Shown: piece by piece, positions 28,362-38,794 of the stretch | How positions within the stretch are numbered: the first letter of the stretch is position 1 | Layout of the letters: each line of letters starts with the position of its first letter | Assembly: GCA_964490105.1 (NCBI GenBank) | Contig: CAZAZU010000001.1 | Span: forward strand, 227,804-291,803 | Origin: an uncultured Gammaproteobacteria bacterium | GTDB taxonomy: Bacteria > Patescibacteriota > Microgenomatia > Levybacterales > UBA12049 | DNA: 64,000 nt | Direction: 5' to 3' | Translations under genes and position numbers: made by a program | Notes under the pieces: generated by a model | The model's database searches: none | Told to the model about the DNA's origin: nothing | The model's input: only the letters and a program-made list of their open reading frames with translations

Positions 28362-28985
28362 ATGGCATTTACTGAATTATTAAAAAGAAAATTAGAAGAT
28401 CCGATTGCTAAAGAAAAGCAGGAGCAATTACTCAGAGAGTCTGCAGTTTCAGCTCGAAGCGCACTAAGATTCGTGGCTTATGAAGCTAACTCCAGTAATC
28501 CAACTGGAAGACTTAGAGCAGAAAAAGATACGCCCAGAGGAGTTATCCATGTTCAGATTGACCCTGAAAATCCTTCTACTGCAACATGGGTGCAAAGAGA
28601 AACCACAACAGACTATTTTTCAACAGTTAAATATAGAGTAGAAATAGGAGCCTCGGGAGATTTTACAGCAACAAGACAGGTTGTTAGGAAAGTAATGAAC
28701 GGTGTTCCATTAAGTGACCCTATTTCCTTTAGGATTGGACCGCTCGTAGTTGGAATTGGATATCAATATGCTACTACAAACACTCAGGAGTATGACAGGC
28801 TGGAAAAAGGTTTACATGAGCTTGATAAAACACCTAAGCCTTTTGTTCCAACTGTTGAATTTTTTGACGAATTAAGAAAAGACTTATTACATGGCTCAGC
28901 TGCAGTTAAAACAAATGTGTCGGCTCCGCAAATACATCAAGTAATTGAATTTCCTAGACACAATTCTCTCACCCGCACAGGATAA
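28362..28985 (+). CDS. hypothetical protein
   Basis: 207-aa ORF. Promoter-like TTGACA/TAGAAT elements upstream. No family recognised. Confidence 0.4.
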   Translation: MAFTELLKRKLEDPIAKEKQEQLLRESAVSARSALRFVAYEANSSNPTGRLRAEKDTPRGVIHVQIDPENPSTATWVQRETTTDYFSTVKYRVEIGASGDFTATRQVVRKVMNGVPLSDPISFRIGPLVVGIGYQYATTNTQEYDRLEKGLHELDKTPKPFVPTVEFFDELRKDLLHGSAAVKTNVSAPQIHQVIEFPRHNSLTRTG

Positions 28986-29022
28986 TTGCCTCATAGTAGT
29001 TAATCAGATATAATTAAAGACC

Positions 29023-30153
29023 ATGAAAAGGATCATATTTCTATTAATATCTTTCATATTTATTTTTACTGGAAATGCTCACGCTATCTATGATCCGATT
29101 TCTCTTCCCAATAATAAAGTCGGAATCCACATACTCTTCCCTACTGAACTAGATAAGGCTAAAGAATTAGTTAATTCAAATGGCGGAGATTGGGGTTATG
29201 TCACTATTCCCATCCAGTCTGGAGACAAAGATCTACGCAAATGGCAGGAGTTTATGGATAACTGCAAGAAACTTCATCTCATTCCTTTAGTTAGGCTTGC
29301 GACCCACGGAGATTACTTTGAAACCACTACATGGAAAAAACCGCAGGATGATGACATCGTAGATTTTGCAAATTTTTTAAATTCCTTAGATTGGCCTACT
29401 AAAAATCGCTATATAATAGTTTATAACGAAGTAAATCGCGCAGATGAGTGGCAAGGCCAAGCAAATCCATCTGAATATGCACGTCTTCTTTCATATGCTG
29501 TCACTGTTTTTAAGTCAAAAAATCCAGACTTTTTCATAATTTCATCAGGCATGGATAATGCCTCAATTACTGGAAATGGAACCTATAATCAGTTTGATTT
29601 CTTCTCTTTCATGAATGGAGAGGTTCCTGGAATTTTTAATCAAATTGACGGAATATCATCTCATTCTTATCCAAATCCGGGTTTTTCTCAGCCTCCAAAC
29701 GTGCTCACTCCCAGAAGCATATCAAGTTATCAATATGAATTAGCTGAGATTGCTAATTATTCAAATAAAAAGCTCCCTGTATTTATTACAGAAACAGGAT
29801 GGAGTCAAGACGCAGTATCAAAAGATGAGGCTGGGAAATATCTAGTTCAAGCGTTCAATGAGGTTTGGAATGATCCGCAGGTCGTTGCTGTAACTCCATT
29901 TTTACTTAATGCAGGAGGAGGACCATTTCAGCAATTTTCCTTTACTACACCAAGTCACGAAAAAAATGAAGTCTTTAAAGCCGTAGAATCTCTTCCTAAG
30001 CTTCAGGGCTCACCTAAGCTATCACCTGTTAGAAAGGTTTTAGGAAATGAAAACGCAGGAATTTTTCCCGTAAAGGATTTCTCAAAACATGTTACAAGTC
30101 AAATAGGTGAAGGAGCAAAGGCGATCGTAAAGCTCCTTTTTCTAGGGTTTTAG
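29023..30153 (+). CDS. secreted glycoside hydrolase, clan GH-A (TIM-barrel, GH5-like)
   Basis: Signal peptide. Acid/base motif 'IIVYNEVN'. Nucleophile motif 'VFITETGWS'. Confidence 0.5.
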   Translation: MKRIIFLLISFIFIFTGNAHAIYDPISLPNNKVGIHILFPTELDKAKELVNSNGGDWGYVTIPIQSGDKDLRKWQEFMDNCKKLHLIPLVRLATHGDYFETTTWKKPQDDDIVDFANFLNSLDWPTKNRYIIVYNEVNRADEWQGQANPSEYARLLSYAVTVFKSKNPDFFIISSGMDNASITGNGTYNQFDFFSFMNGEVPGIFNQIDGISSHSYPNPGFSQPPNVLTPRSISSYQYELAEIANYSNKKLPVFITETGWSQDAVSKDEAGKYLVQAFNEVWNDPQVVAVTPFLLNAGGGPFQQFSFTTPSHEKNEVFKAVESLPKLQGSPKLSPVRKVLGNENAGIFPVKDFSKHVTSQIGEGAKAIVKLLFLGF

Positions 30154-30178
30154 TGTGCTATAATTTGTTGGACACTAG

Positions 30179-30697
30179 ATGGATAGCGATATAGAAAACA
30201 TAAGGTTTGAGAGCCTCACCCACGGACAATTATCCATAGACGAAGTTCTTCAAATGATAAAGGATTTTTTAGAAGAAAATCCCAAAAGCGAGTATAGTCT
30301 TGTAATTGGAACTGACTCACATGAAATAACAGGAAATGAACCAAGAAGCAGAAAAATTAATTTAGTAACTGCTATTTTAGTGCATAGGAAAGGATTCGGA
30401 GGTAAATATTTTTGGAATAGGAAGTCAGCTGGTAACATTCACTCATTAAGAGAAAAGATTTATGCCGAAACTATGACGTCGCTTGGTTTTGCAAGTACAT
30501 TTGTGCCGCTTTTAAAGAAAAAATTAAACGGTCAGTCACCTAACTATAATCTTGAAATACATATCGACGTTGGCGAGCATGGAGACACGCGGGAGATGAT
30601 TAAAGAAGTTGTGGGAATGGTAACAGGAAGCGGATTTGTTGCAAAGACTAAGCCTTATGCATATGGAGCTTCTTATGTTGCCGATAAACATACTTGA
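30179..30697 (+). CDS. YkuK/DUF458-like (RNase-H-like fold) protein
   Basis: 'LVIGTDSHEI...' core and ~170-aa length resemble YkuK-family proteins. Assigned from memory only. Confidence 0.3.
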   Translation: MDSDIENIRFESLTHGQLSIDEVLQMIKDFLEENPKSEYSLVIGTDSHEITGNEPRSRKINLVTAILVHRKGFGGKYFWNRKSAGNIHSLREKIYAETMTSLGFASTFVPLLKKKLNGQSPNYNLEIHIDVGEHGDTREMIKEVVGMVTGSGFVAKTKPYAYGASYVADKHT

Positions 30698-31103
30698 TAT
30701 GAGAAAAAAATCTAATACAAAACTAGAATGGGAAGAAGCAGTGGATGTGAAGCGTGATTTAAAAAAAATAATTCATACACTTGAATTTGATCATATTCAA
30801 ATTTCCCGTGTCTTTTGTTATAGAACTGAAGGAAGTAAGGCTAGAGCTTATGCCAGAACCTGGATGATGCCAAAAATTTTTCAGCACGCCTTAGGAATCG
30901 AGCCCGCTTACGTTATCGAAGTTCTCTCAAAGTATTACGATAAGCTAAATGAAGACGAAAAATCTAAAGTTCTTATTCACGAGCTCTTGCACATACCCAA
31001 AAATTTCTCTGGAGCACTTCTCTCACATAGAGGCGTTGGTCGTCATATAGGGCATGATTCAAATGCGCTGTTTAAAAAATACAAACAATTAAAAGACCAA
31101 TGA
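30636..31103 (+). CDS. predicted zinc metallopeptidase (HExxH), family uncertain
   Basis: 'LIHELLHIPKNF' HExxH motif. The ORF overlaps the upstream gene by 60 nt, so the true start is probably an internal Met. Confidence 0.35.
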   Translation: MLQRLSLMHMELLMLPINILDMRKKSNTKLEWEEAVDVKRDLKKIIHTLEFDHIQISRVFCYRTEGSKARAYARTWMMPKIFQHALGIEPAYVIEVLSKYYDKLNEDEKSKVLIHELLHIPKNFSGALLSHRGVGRHIGHDSNALFKKYKQLKDQ

Positions 31104-31777
31104 TCACATTAATTCACGGAAATGATACTCTTTCTTCCCGAAAATATTATTTAGACCAAAGGGATTCTGAGTCGCTAACTTTTGACGCTGAAAGTATAAA
31201 CCTTGTGGAGCTTGAGCAGTCTTTAGCAGGATCCGGACTTTTTGCTACAACTAAGAAGATTTTTGTAGAAAATTTATTTTCGAGAAAATCTGCAAAAAAT
31301 CTTGATTCAATCGGTAAATTATTATCCTCATATAAAGATGCAGAAGTTTTTTTCTGGGCAGACAAGGAAGTCGGAGTTAAAGCTCTTGCCTCATTTCCAA
31401 AAGTAGAAAACAAAAGTTTTAAAATTCCTCAAAATATCTGGAATTTTTTGGATAATCTTAGGCCGTCAAATGTCGCAAATGTATCATCATTTCATAGAAC
31501 TCTAAGCGAAAGTGAAGCTGAAATAATATTTGCAATGATAATTAGACAATTCAGACTTATGCTGGGATTGATTCAATATTCAAGAGTAAATATAGATGAA
31601 GTGAAAAGAATTGCACCTTGGCAAAAAACTAAACTTCTAAGACAGGCCTCGCTTTTTGGAGAGCAAAAACTTAAAACAATTTATAAAAAACTTTATAAAA
31701 TTGATAAATCCACAAAAACCGGAAAAACTAATTTAACACTTACTCAAAATATTGACATTCTACTCCTTGAAATATAA
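31100..31777 (+). CDS. holA: DNA polymerase III delta subunit (HolA), short form
   Basis: N-terminal 'ITLIHGNDTLSSRKY' (LxGxDxxL) and 'GLFATTKKIFVENL' resemble the HolA N-domain. C-terminal helical domain present. Confidence 0.45.
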   Translation: MITLIHGNDTLSSRKYYLDQRDSESLTFDAESINLVELEQSLAGSGLFATTKKIFVENLFSRKSAKNLDSIGKLLSSYKDAEVFFWADKEVGVKALASFPKVENKSFKIPQNIWNFLDNLRPSNVANVSSFHRTLSESEAEIIFAMIIRQFRLMLGLIQYSRVNIDEVKRIAPWQKTKLLRQASLFGEQKLKTIYKKLYKIDKSTKTGKTNLTLTQNIDILLLEI

Positions 31778-31787
31778 TATTACTTTT

Positions 31788-33167
31788 ATGACAATTGACC
31801 CCTCGATCTTTAAATCCTACGACATCAGAGGCACATATCCAGATAAAATTAACGAAGACATCTCTAGGGAGATTGCAAAAGCAATTCATAAATTTTTTTC
31901 CGAAAAGCTGGGTAAAAATGACTTCACGATAGTTTTAAGCCGTGACATGAGAACATCGTCCCCTACTATTTTTGAAGCAGTAAAAGAAGTTTTACTTAAA
32001 AGAGGCGCAAATGTAATTGATTTAGGAATTTCTTCGACTCCTACTTTTTATTTTGCGGTCAGTTTTTATAAATATGACGCTGGAATTCAGATTACAGCCT
32101 CACATAATCCTAAAGAATATAACGGAATTAAGTTTGTTATGAATACTCCTGGGGGGCTTTTGAAAATCGGCAAACCAACAGGAATGGATGATATTAGAGA
32201 TTTAGCTGTTAATGGTGTTATAGATATAGAAGAAAAAGAAGGAACAATTGTAAAAAAAGAAGGCGTTTTGGAAGATGAAGTAAAAAACGCTATGAATATC
32301 TTTAAAAATCCGGAAATTAAGAAGTTTAAAATCGTAGCTGACACAGCAAATGCAGTCGGCGCCTTATATATTGATGCTCTTTCTAAAGTTCTTCCGATTG
32401 AACTGGTTAGAATGAATTTTGAACTCGATGGGACATTTCCGGTTCATCAAGCTGATCCGATGCAGCCTGAAAATCTAGTAGACATCCAAAAAAGAGTGGT
32501 AGAAGTTGGCGCTGATCTTGGACTTGCGCCAGATGGAGACGGAGACAGACTATTTATAATTAATGAAAAAGGAGAGGTTGTTCCTCCGCCTCAAATTATC
32601 GGAATGCTTTCGAAAGAACTTCTGAAAGATTTTCCCGGATCAAAAGTAGTAGTTGATCAAAAGTATTTTCTAACAGCCAAAAAAATAGTTGAAGAACATG
32701 GAGGAGAATTAGTTCTGTCAAAAACAGGACACGCTTATATAACAGAGACCATGACTAAGACTGGAGCTATTTTTGCAGGCGAGGCGTCAGCTCATTACTA
32801 CTATAAAGCTACTGGAAATGCTGAGTCCCAGGTAATGACAATAGTTGGAGTTCTTAAGGTTTTGACCCAGGAAAATAAACCAATTTCAGAGGTGGCAGAA
32901 GAATTTAGAAGATCCTATGAATCCGGTGAATTCAACTATGAAGTAACTAACGCGAAAGAAGTTATGGATTACCTGAAGGGAAAATATAGTGACGCCGAGC
33001 TTTCTGAAATGGACGGAATTGCAATGAACTATCCTGATTGGAGATTTAGCGCAAGATCATCAAACACTGAGCCACTTCTTAGAGTAAATGTGGAAGGAGC
33101 TACTAGAGAATTAGTTGACCGCGAGACAGCTAAACTAAAAAAAGAAATTGAATCAGTTGCAAAATAA
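31788..33167 (+). CDS. phosphoglucomutase/phosphomannomutase family protein
   Basis: Active-site 'GIQITASHNPKEYNGIKF', Mg-binding 'PDGDGDR' and sugar-binding 'GEASAH'. Start taken at the internal ATG (MTIDPSIFKSYDIRG). The track ORF starts at 31752. Confidence 0.8.
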   Translation: MTIDPSIFKSYDIRGTYPDKINEDISREIAKAIHKFFSEKLGKNDFTIVLSRDMRTSSPTIFEAVKEVLLKRGANVIDLGISSTPTFYFAVSFYKYDAGIQITASHNPKEYNGIKFVMNTPGGLLKIGKPTGMDDIRDLAVNGVIDIEEKEGTIVKKEGVLEDEVKNAMNIFKNPEIKKFKIVADTANAVGALYIDALSKVLPIELVRMNFELDGTFPVHQADPMQPENLVDIQKRVVEVGADLGLAPDGDGDRLFIINEKGEVVPPPQIIGMLSKELLKDFPGSKVVVDQKYFLTAKKIVEEHGGELVLSKTGHAYITETMTKTGAIFAGEASAHYYYKATGNAESQVMTIVGVLKVLTQENKPISEVAEEFRRSYESGEFNYEVTNAKEVMDYLKGKYSDAELSEMDGIAMNYPDWRFSARSSNTEPLLRVNVEGATRELVDRETAKLKKEIESVAK

Positions 33168-34179
33168 TATGAATCCTAAAGATCCGTCAAATTTCAGACA
33201 ATTTATAATCGATACTCCATCTCAGTTTGAAGTCGGTATGGAGATCGCAAAGAATGCTAAAGTGGAGGGTAACTTTGAGTCACTCACAGTCTCCGGAATG
33301 GGAGGATCTGCGCTCCCAGTTAATCTTCTTCAGGCATTTATAAACACTCCTTCTGCAAAGCCATTTGATATTTATATAAATAGATATTACTCACTGCCAA
33401 ATTATGCTAAAGAAAAAAGTTCTTTAAATTTTATTTCGTCTTATTCAGGAACAACAGAAGAGGTTATCTCTTCGCTTGAAGAGGTGCATAGCCTTGGCTT
33501 ACCTTTCATAGGCTTTTCTAGCGGAGGCAATATCGAAGAACTCTCTAAAAAATATGGAATGCCTCACGTAAAACTTCCAATTCCCTACCCAAATTACCAG
33601 CCTAGAATGGGAACTGGGTATTTCTTTGGTGCTATGTATCAGACGCTCGTTAACCATGGACTTGTCCCGGATAAATCCGAAGAGATTATAGCCGAAGCTC
33701 GGAAATTTAATGACCTGATGAGTACTTATGAGCAAAAAGGGAAAGAGTTAGCGCAAAAATTAAAAGGTAAAACACCAATTGTGTATGCATCCTCCGCTTT
33801 TGCCTCCACTGCCATGGTGTGGAAAATAAAATTAAACGAAAATGCTAAAACTCCGGCATTTTACAATTTCTTCCCGGAACTTAACCACAATGAAATGGTA
33901 GGATTTACAAATCCTCAGGCTGATTTTTTTATAATCATGCTCAAAGATCCACAGGATAACCCCAGAAATCTAAAAAGATATGAGGTTACTGCAAAACTCC
34001 TAAAAGAAAAAGGAATTGACTCTGAAATTATTGACATGGACGGAGAAAGTGTTTTTTCGAAAACTTTTTTGAGCATTACATTAGCTGATTGGGTTTCATA
34101 CTACCTTGCTTTAGAATACAACCAGGATCCGACACCTGTAGCAATGGTTGAAGACCTTAAAAAAATTCTAGCCTCCTAA
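33148..34179 (+). CDS. bifunctional phosphoglucose/phosphomannose isomerase (SIS-domain, archaeal-type PGI/PMI)
   Basis: 'VSGMGGSALPVNLL' SIS motif. Length and placement next to PGM/PMM. Confidence 0.6.
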   Translation: MNQLQNNMNPKDPSNFRQFIIDTPSQFEVGMEIAKNAKVEGNFESLTVSGMGGSALPVNLLQAFINTPSAKPFDIYINRYYSLPNYAKEKSSLNFISSYSGTTEEVISSLEEVHSLGLPFIGFSSGGNIEELSKKYGMPHVKLPIPYPNYQPRMGTGYFFGAMYQTLVNHGLVPDKSEEIIAEARKFNDLMSTYEQKGKELAQKLKGKTPIVYASSAFASTAMVWKIKLNENAKTPAFYNFFPELNHNEMVGFTNPQADFFIIMLKDPQDNPRNLKRYEVTAKLLKEKGIDSEIIDMDGESVFSKTFLSITLADWVSYYLALEYNQDPTPVAMVEDLKKILAS

Positions 34180-34254
34180 CTTATCTATTTCCTACATTCT
34201 TTTTACCGGCGTCTTCTTTTAAGCAGTTAAAATAGCACTTGAAAGGAGGAAAGT

Positions 34255-34470
34255 ATGGCAAGAGTTATTGAAGACACAGGAAATACTCACGTAATACACG
34301 AGCACCATGATGGAGACTCTGGAACTGGAATGGGACTAATAATAGCCGTAGTAATATTGGCAATTTTAGGTTTCTTATTTCTATATTACGGATTACCTGC
34401 TCTAAGAACTGCAACTTCACCCCAGGTTAATGTTCCTGGACAGGTTGATGTAAACGTTAATAGAGAGTAA
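34255..34470 (+). CDS. small single-TM protein
   Basis: 71 aa, His/Asp-rich N-terminus, one TM helix. RBS-like 'gaaaggagga' upstream. Confidence 0.3.
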   Translation: MARVIEDTGNTHVIHEHHDGDSGTGMGLIIAVVILAILGFLFLYYGLPALRTATSPQVNVPGQVDVNVNRE

Positions 34471-34502
34471 AGGTATTGATAATCTAAGAAAATACTTGGA
34501 TA

Positions 34503-36779
34503 ATGATACTAATGCCTCAAAGAAACGTTGTTTGGTTCAATCAGGTTGACAAGGAAGATATACCTTTAGTAGGAGGAAAAGGCGCGAATCTGGGTGAAAT
34601 GACTAAGGCAGGCTTTCCTGTTCCCAACGGTTTCATAGTTACGGCACATGCCTTTTTTGAATTCATAAAGCATAACAATCTGGAGAAAAAAGTAAAAAAT
34701 CTTCTAAACACTGTCAATTTTGATAATTCTCATTCCCTGAAGCAAGTATCTGATCTTATTAAAAAAGAGGTACTAAGCGGCGAAATGTCTCAGGAACTTG
34801 TTAAGGAAATATATCTCTCTTATAAAGCGCTGGGAGGGCCCACAGAAGATGCTCTTGTGGCTGTAAGATCATCTGCAACTGCCGAAGACTTACCAAATGC
34901 TTCATTCGCAGGTCAACAGGAGACTTTTCTAAATGTAAAGGGTGAGTCAAACTTAATTCTTAAGATTAAAGAATGCTGGGCCTCTCTTTATGAAGAAAGA
35001 GCAATATTTTATAGACACGAAAATAAGTTCGATGCTGTAAAAGTTGGAATTGCTGTGCCTGTACAGAAGATGATTGAATCTGAAAAATCCGGTGTTATGT
35101 TTACAATTAATCCCGTAGATAATGACAAAACCAAAATAATTATAGAAGCAGTATATGGCCTTGGTGAGATGATAGTACAAGGGATTGTAAAACCCGACCA
35201 CTATGAAGTCTCAAAGGACACAAATAAAATTATTGTTAAGGAAATCTCTTCTCAGGACAAGATGATGGTTAAATCTGGAGATGGAAATAAAATCACAAGA
35301 GTACCTCTTCTTAAAAAGAAACGCCAAAAAATATCTGACCAGAATATAATTGATCTCTATAATCTCGGTAAAAAGCTTGAAAAGCACTATTATTTTCCTC
35401 AAGACGTCGAATGGGCAGTTGCAGGGAACAAGGTTTATTTAGTTCAGACAAGACCTATCACTACAACTGAACCCAAAACTAAAGGAGCATCTGGAAAAGC
35501 AAGAACTGACTTCGGGACGCTTATCTTAAAGGGTGATGGAGCAAGCCCAGGAATTATAACAGGACATGTCAGAATTCTCAAAAGCGCTTCGGAAATAAAT
35601 TCAGTAATGCCCGGGGATATTTTAGTCGCTCCTCAAACCAATCCTGACTATGTTCCTGCTATGAAAAAAGCTAGTGCAATCGTAACTGATCTCGGAGGAC
35701 GCACTTCTCATGCGGCAATCGTATCCAGAGAAATTGGAATCCCGGCAATAGTCGGAACTGAAAAGGCTACGAAAATGCTTAAAACAGGAGAAGTTATTAC
35801 TGTAAATGGAGCAACAGGAGAAATATTTAAAGGCGGAGACATGTCCTTAAACGCTGTAATAAGCGATGATTATTCAGAAGAAGAAAATATTCCGACCGCG
35901 ACTAAAGTTTATATGAATCTCGCTGAACCGGATCTTGCAGCTAAACAGTCACAGCGAAAAGCTGACGGAGTGGGACTTCTCAGAGCGGAATTTATGATGG
36001 CAGGTATTGGCACTCACCCTAAGAAAATGATAAGGGATGGAAAAAAGAATTTGTTTGTAAAACAATTAGCGACTCATCTCGAAGAATTTTGTAAATCATT
36101 TAACCCAAGACCAGTAGTTTACCGTGCATCAGATTTTAAGACTAATGAATACAGAAACTTAATCGGCGGTAAAGAATTTGAGCCGATTGAACCTAATCCA
36201 ATGCTTGGCTATAGAGGAGCATTTAGATATATTCACGATCCAAGAGTCTTTCAGCTGGAACTTGAAGCGATAAAATATGTTAGAGATAAAAAAGGATTTA
36301 AAAATCTCTGGTTAATGATTCCATTTGTGAGAACTCCAAAGGAACTTTCTGATGTAAAGAAACTGATTGCAGAATCAGGATTGTCACGCTCCCCTAGCTT
36401 CAAGCTTTGGATGATGGTAGAAATTCCAAGTAACGTTATACTTCTTGATAAATTTATAGAATTAGGAATTGACGGAGTATCAATTGGAACTAATGATCTA
36501 ACCATGCTTATTCTTGGAACTGACAGAGATAATAATGAAGTTGCACACGAATATAATGAGAGAGATGAGGCTGTTCTCTGGGCTCTTGAGCACGTAATTA
36601 AGACGGCTACCAAACATAAAATTACATCTTCAATTTGCGGACAAGCTGCAAGCTACCCTGAAATTCTTGATATAGTAATTCGAAATGGCGGAACCAGCGT
36701 ATCTGTAACGCCCGATCTAGTGGCTCCAGTCAGAAAACTAATTTCAGAAAAAGAAGAAAAAATCTTCGGAAGGAAATAA
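34503..36779 (+). CDS. ppsA: phosphoenolpyruvate synthase (pyruvate, water dikinase)
   Basis: N-terminal ATP-grasp 'LVGGKGANLGEM'. Phospho-His swivel 'GGRTSHAAIVSREIGIPAIVGT'. C-terminal PEP-utilising TIM barrel. Confidence 0.85.
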   Translation: MILMPQRNVVWFNQVDKEDIPLVGGKGANLGEMTKAGFPVPNGFIVTAHAFFEFIKHNNLEKKVKNLLNTVNFDNSHSLKQVSDLIKKEVLSGEMSQELVKEIYLSYKALGGPTEDALVAVRSSATAEDLPNASFAGQQETFLNVKGESNLILKIKECWASLYEERAIFYRHENKFDAVKVGIAVPVQKMIESEKSGVMFTINPVDNDKTKIIIEAVYGLGEMIVQGIVKPDHYEVSKDTNKIIVKEISSQDKMMVKSGDGNKITRVPLLKKKRQKISDQNIIDLYNLGKKLEKHYYFPQDVEWAVAGNKVYLVQTRPITTTEPKTKGASGKARTDFGTLILKGDGASPGIITGHVRILKSASEINSVMPGDILVAPQTNPDYVPAMKKASAIVTDLGGRTSHAAIVSREIGIPAIVGTEKATKMLKTGEVITVNGATGEIFKGGDMSLNAVISDDYSEEENIPTATKVYMNLAEPDLAAKQSQRKADGVGLLRAEFMMAGIGTHPKKMIRDGKKNLFVKQLATHLEEFCKSFNPRPVVYRASDFKTNEYRNLIGGKEFEPIEPNPMLGYRGAFRYIHDPRVFQLELEAIKYVRDKKGFKNLWLMIPFVRTPKELSDVKKLIAESGLSRSPSFKLWMMVEIPSNVILLDKFIELGIDGVSIGTNDLTMLILGTDRDNNEVAHEYNERDEAVLWALEHVIKTATKHKITSSICGQAASYPEILDIVIRNGGTSVSVTPDLVAPVRKLISEKEEKIFGRK

Positions 36780-38035
36780 TGGCAAAAATTACTAAAGTAG
36801 TCGGACGTGAAATCCTTAACTCAAAAGGCTACCCCACAATCGAAGCTACAGTCTTCTTAGATAATGGGATTACGACATCAGCTTCCTGCCCCACTGGAAC
36901 GTCAGTAAGTAAATATGAAGCTAAAGAAGTCAGGGATAATGACCCAAAAAGATTTGGAGGATATGGCGAACTAAAGGCAGTCGAAAATATTAACTCCAAG
37001 ATTTCCCCCAAACTTGTAGGTCTCGATCCGACTCTACAAGCTGATATAGACAGAATTCTCTTAGGAATAGACGGCACAAATGATAAATCAAATCTAGGAG
37101 TCAATTCCATTCTTCCAGTCTCAATGGCTGTAATGAAAGCTGGTGCCATGAGCGTAAACCTTCCTCTCTACGTATATATCAGACACTTCACAAGTCTTGG
37201 AAATATTCCCTTTAAGATTCCATCCCCTGGTTTTAATGTAATAAACGGAGGAAAACATGCGGGGAATAACTTAGATTTTCAAGAATTTTTATTAATCCCA
37301 GCTTCTTCAATGCCATATAAGGACGCACTTAATATGGCAGTTTCAATTTACCAGACACTAAAAACTGCGCTAAAGGATAAAGGAGCATCTACTTTAGTTG
37401 GAGACGAAGGCGGATTCGGCCCAAGTTTTTCTACAAACAGAGACGCATTGATCATGCTTTCCGAGGCTATTTCTACAAGTAATTATAGAATTAATTATGA
37501 CGTTTTTTTAGGTATTGATGTTTCTGCTAACAACTTTCATCAGGACGGCACGTATTTTATTAAAGACAAAGATAATAGTATGACGACTGAAGAATTAGTC
37601 ACAGTCTACGAAGGGCTTAACGCCGAATACAATCTTTACTATCTAGAAGACCCGTTTGGTGAAGATGACTGGGAAGGCTGGGAGAAATTAAATAACGTTA
37701 ATTCAAACACCATAATAGTTGGAGACGATCTAATCGCTACAAATTTCGGAAGGCTTCAGACTGCAATTACAAAAAAGGCAATTGGCGGAGTTATTATTAA
37801 ACCTAACCAAATAGGAACAGTTCTTGAAACCTTAGCAGTCGTAGAAGCTGCCCGTCACGCAGGGCTGAGAATTGTAGTTTCCCACAGATCAGGTGAAACA
37901 AACGATGATTTTATAGCAGATTTCGCAGTAGGAATTGGAGCAGATTACACTAAATTTGGAGCTCCAACCAGAGGTGAAAGGGTTGCTAAGTATAATAGGC
38001 TATTGGAAATTGATGATGAAATTAGAAATCCTTAG
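36779..38035 (+). CDS. eno: enolase
   Basis: 'REILNSKGYPTIEATV', 'SVSKYEAKEVRD' and Mg/substrate motifs throughout. Confidence 0.9.
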   Translation: MAKITKVVGREILNSKGYPTIEATVFLDNGITTSASCPTGTSVSKYEAKEVRDNDPKRFGGYGELKAVENINSKISPKLVGLDPTLQADIDRILLGIDGTNDKSNLGVNSILPVSMAVMKAGAMSVNLPLYVYIRHFTSLGNIPFKIPSPGFNVINGGKHAGNNLDFQEFLLIPASSMPYKDALNMAVSIYQTLKTALKDKGASTLVGDEGGFGPSFSTNRDALIMLSEAISTSNYRINYDVFLGIDVSANNFHQDGTYFIKDKDNSMTTEELVTVYEGLNAEYNLYYLEDPFGEDDWEGWEKLNNVNSNTIIVGDDLIATNFGRLQTAITKKAIGGVIIKPNQIGTVLETLAVVEAARHAGLRIVVSHRSGETNDDFIADFAVGIGADYTKFGAPTRGERVAKYNRLLEIDDEIRNP

Positions 38036-38720
38036 TATTCCAGAGAACTACATACTCTCCCCTGGGATCTTGTTTTTTGTACTTCTCAATAAAGTTTTCG
38101 ATTGAATCAGTTTTTACTTCCTCATGAATTTTAGTAAGTTCCCGCGCAAGAGTAATTTGAATATCTCCATAAACCTCAAGCATGCTTTTTAGAACTTTTA
38201 AGAGCCTGTGCGGAGCCTCATAAATAATTATGGTTGATTCAATTTTACTATTCCCTTCTTTAGTATTTTTTAGAAGCTTTATCCTATTCCCTTCTTTTTT
38301 TGGTAAAAATCCTAGAAAAATAAATTTATCAGTAGGAAGTCCTGATGAGACTAATGCTGATATTAAAGCTGAGGGTCCAGGAATAGATACTACTTTAACA
38401 CCGTTTCTCAAACTTTCTCTGATCAATCTAAAACCGGGATCAGAAACAGCGGGAGTTCCGCTATCTGATACTAAAGCCACATCTTGCCCATTTAGTAATA
38501 TGTTTAAAATGTTAGGAATTCTTGCTTCCTCTGTGCCTTCATAATATGAAATTAACATGGCTCTTTTTTCTACACCTATTGATCTTAAAAGCATTCCGGT
38601 TTTCCTAGTATCCTCACAGGCTATATATTCCACAGACTTAAGAATCTCGATTGCTCTAAGAGTAATATCTTTTAAATTTCCGATTGGAGTTGCAACTACA
38701 TATAATTTCCCTGTTTCCAT
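38022..38720 (-). CDS. rsmI: 16S rRNA (cytidine1402-2'-O)-methyltransferase RsmI
   Basis: Tetrapyrrole-methylase fold. 'KLYVVATPIGNLKDITLRAIEILKSVEYIACEDTR'. Confidence 0.8.
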   Translation of the reverse strand: METGKLYVVATPIGNLKDITLRAIEILKSVEYIACEDTRKTGMLLRSIGVEKRAMLISYYEGTEEARIPNILNILLNGQDVALVSDSGTPAVSDPGFRLIRESLRNGVKVVSIPGPSALISALVSSGLPTDKFIFLGFLPKKEGNRIKLLKNTKEGNSKIESTIIIYEAPHRLLKVLKSMLEVYGDIQITLARELTKIHEEVKTDSIENFIEKYKKQDPRGEYVVLWNTKDF

Positions 38721-38794
38721 ATGCGTATTTTAGCGCAAATAACCCATAATTCATAATTCTTGATTCACGGTTCATTTGTTGTTACAATTCTTGA

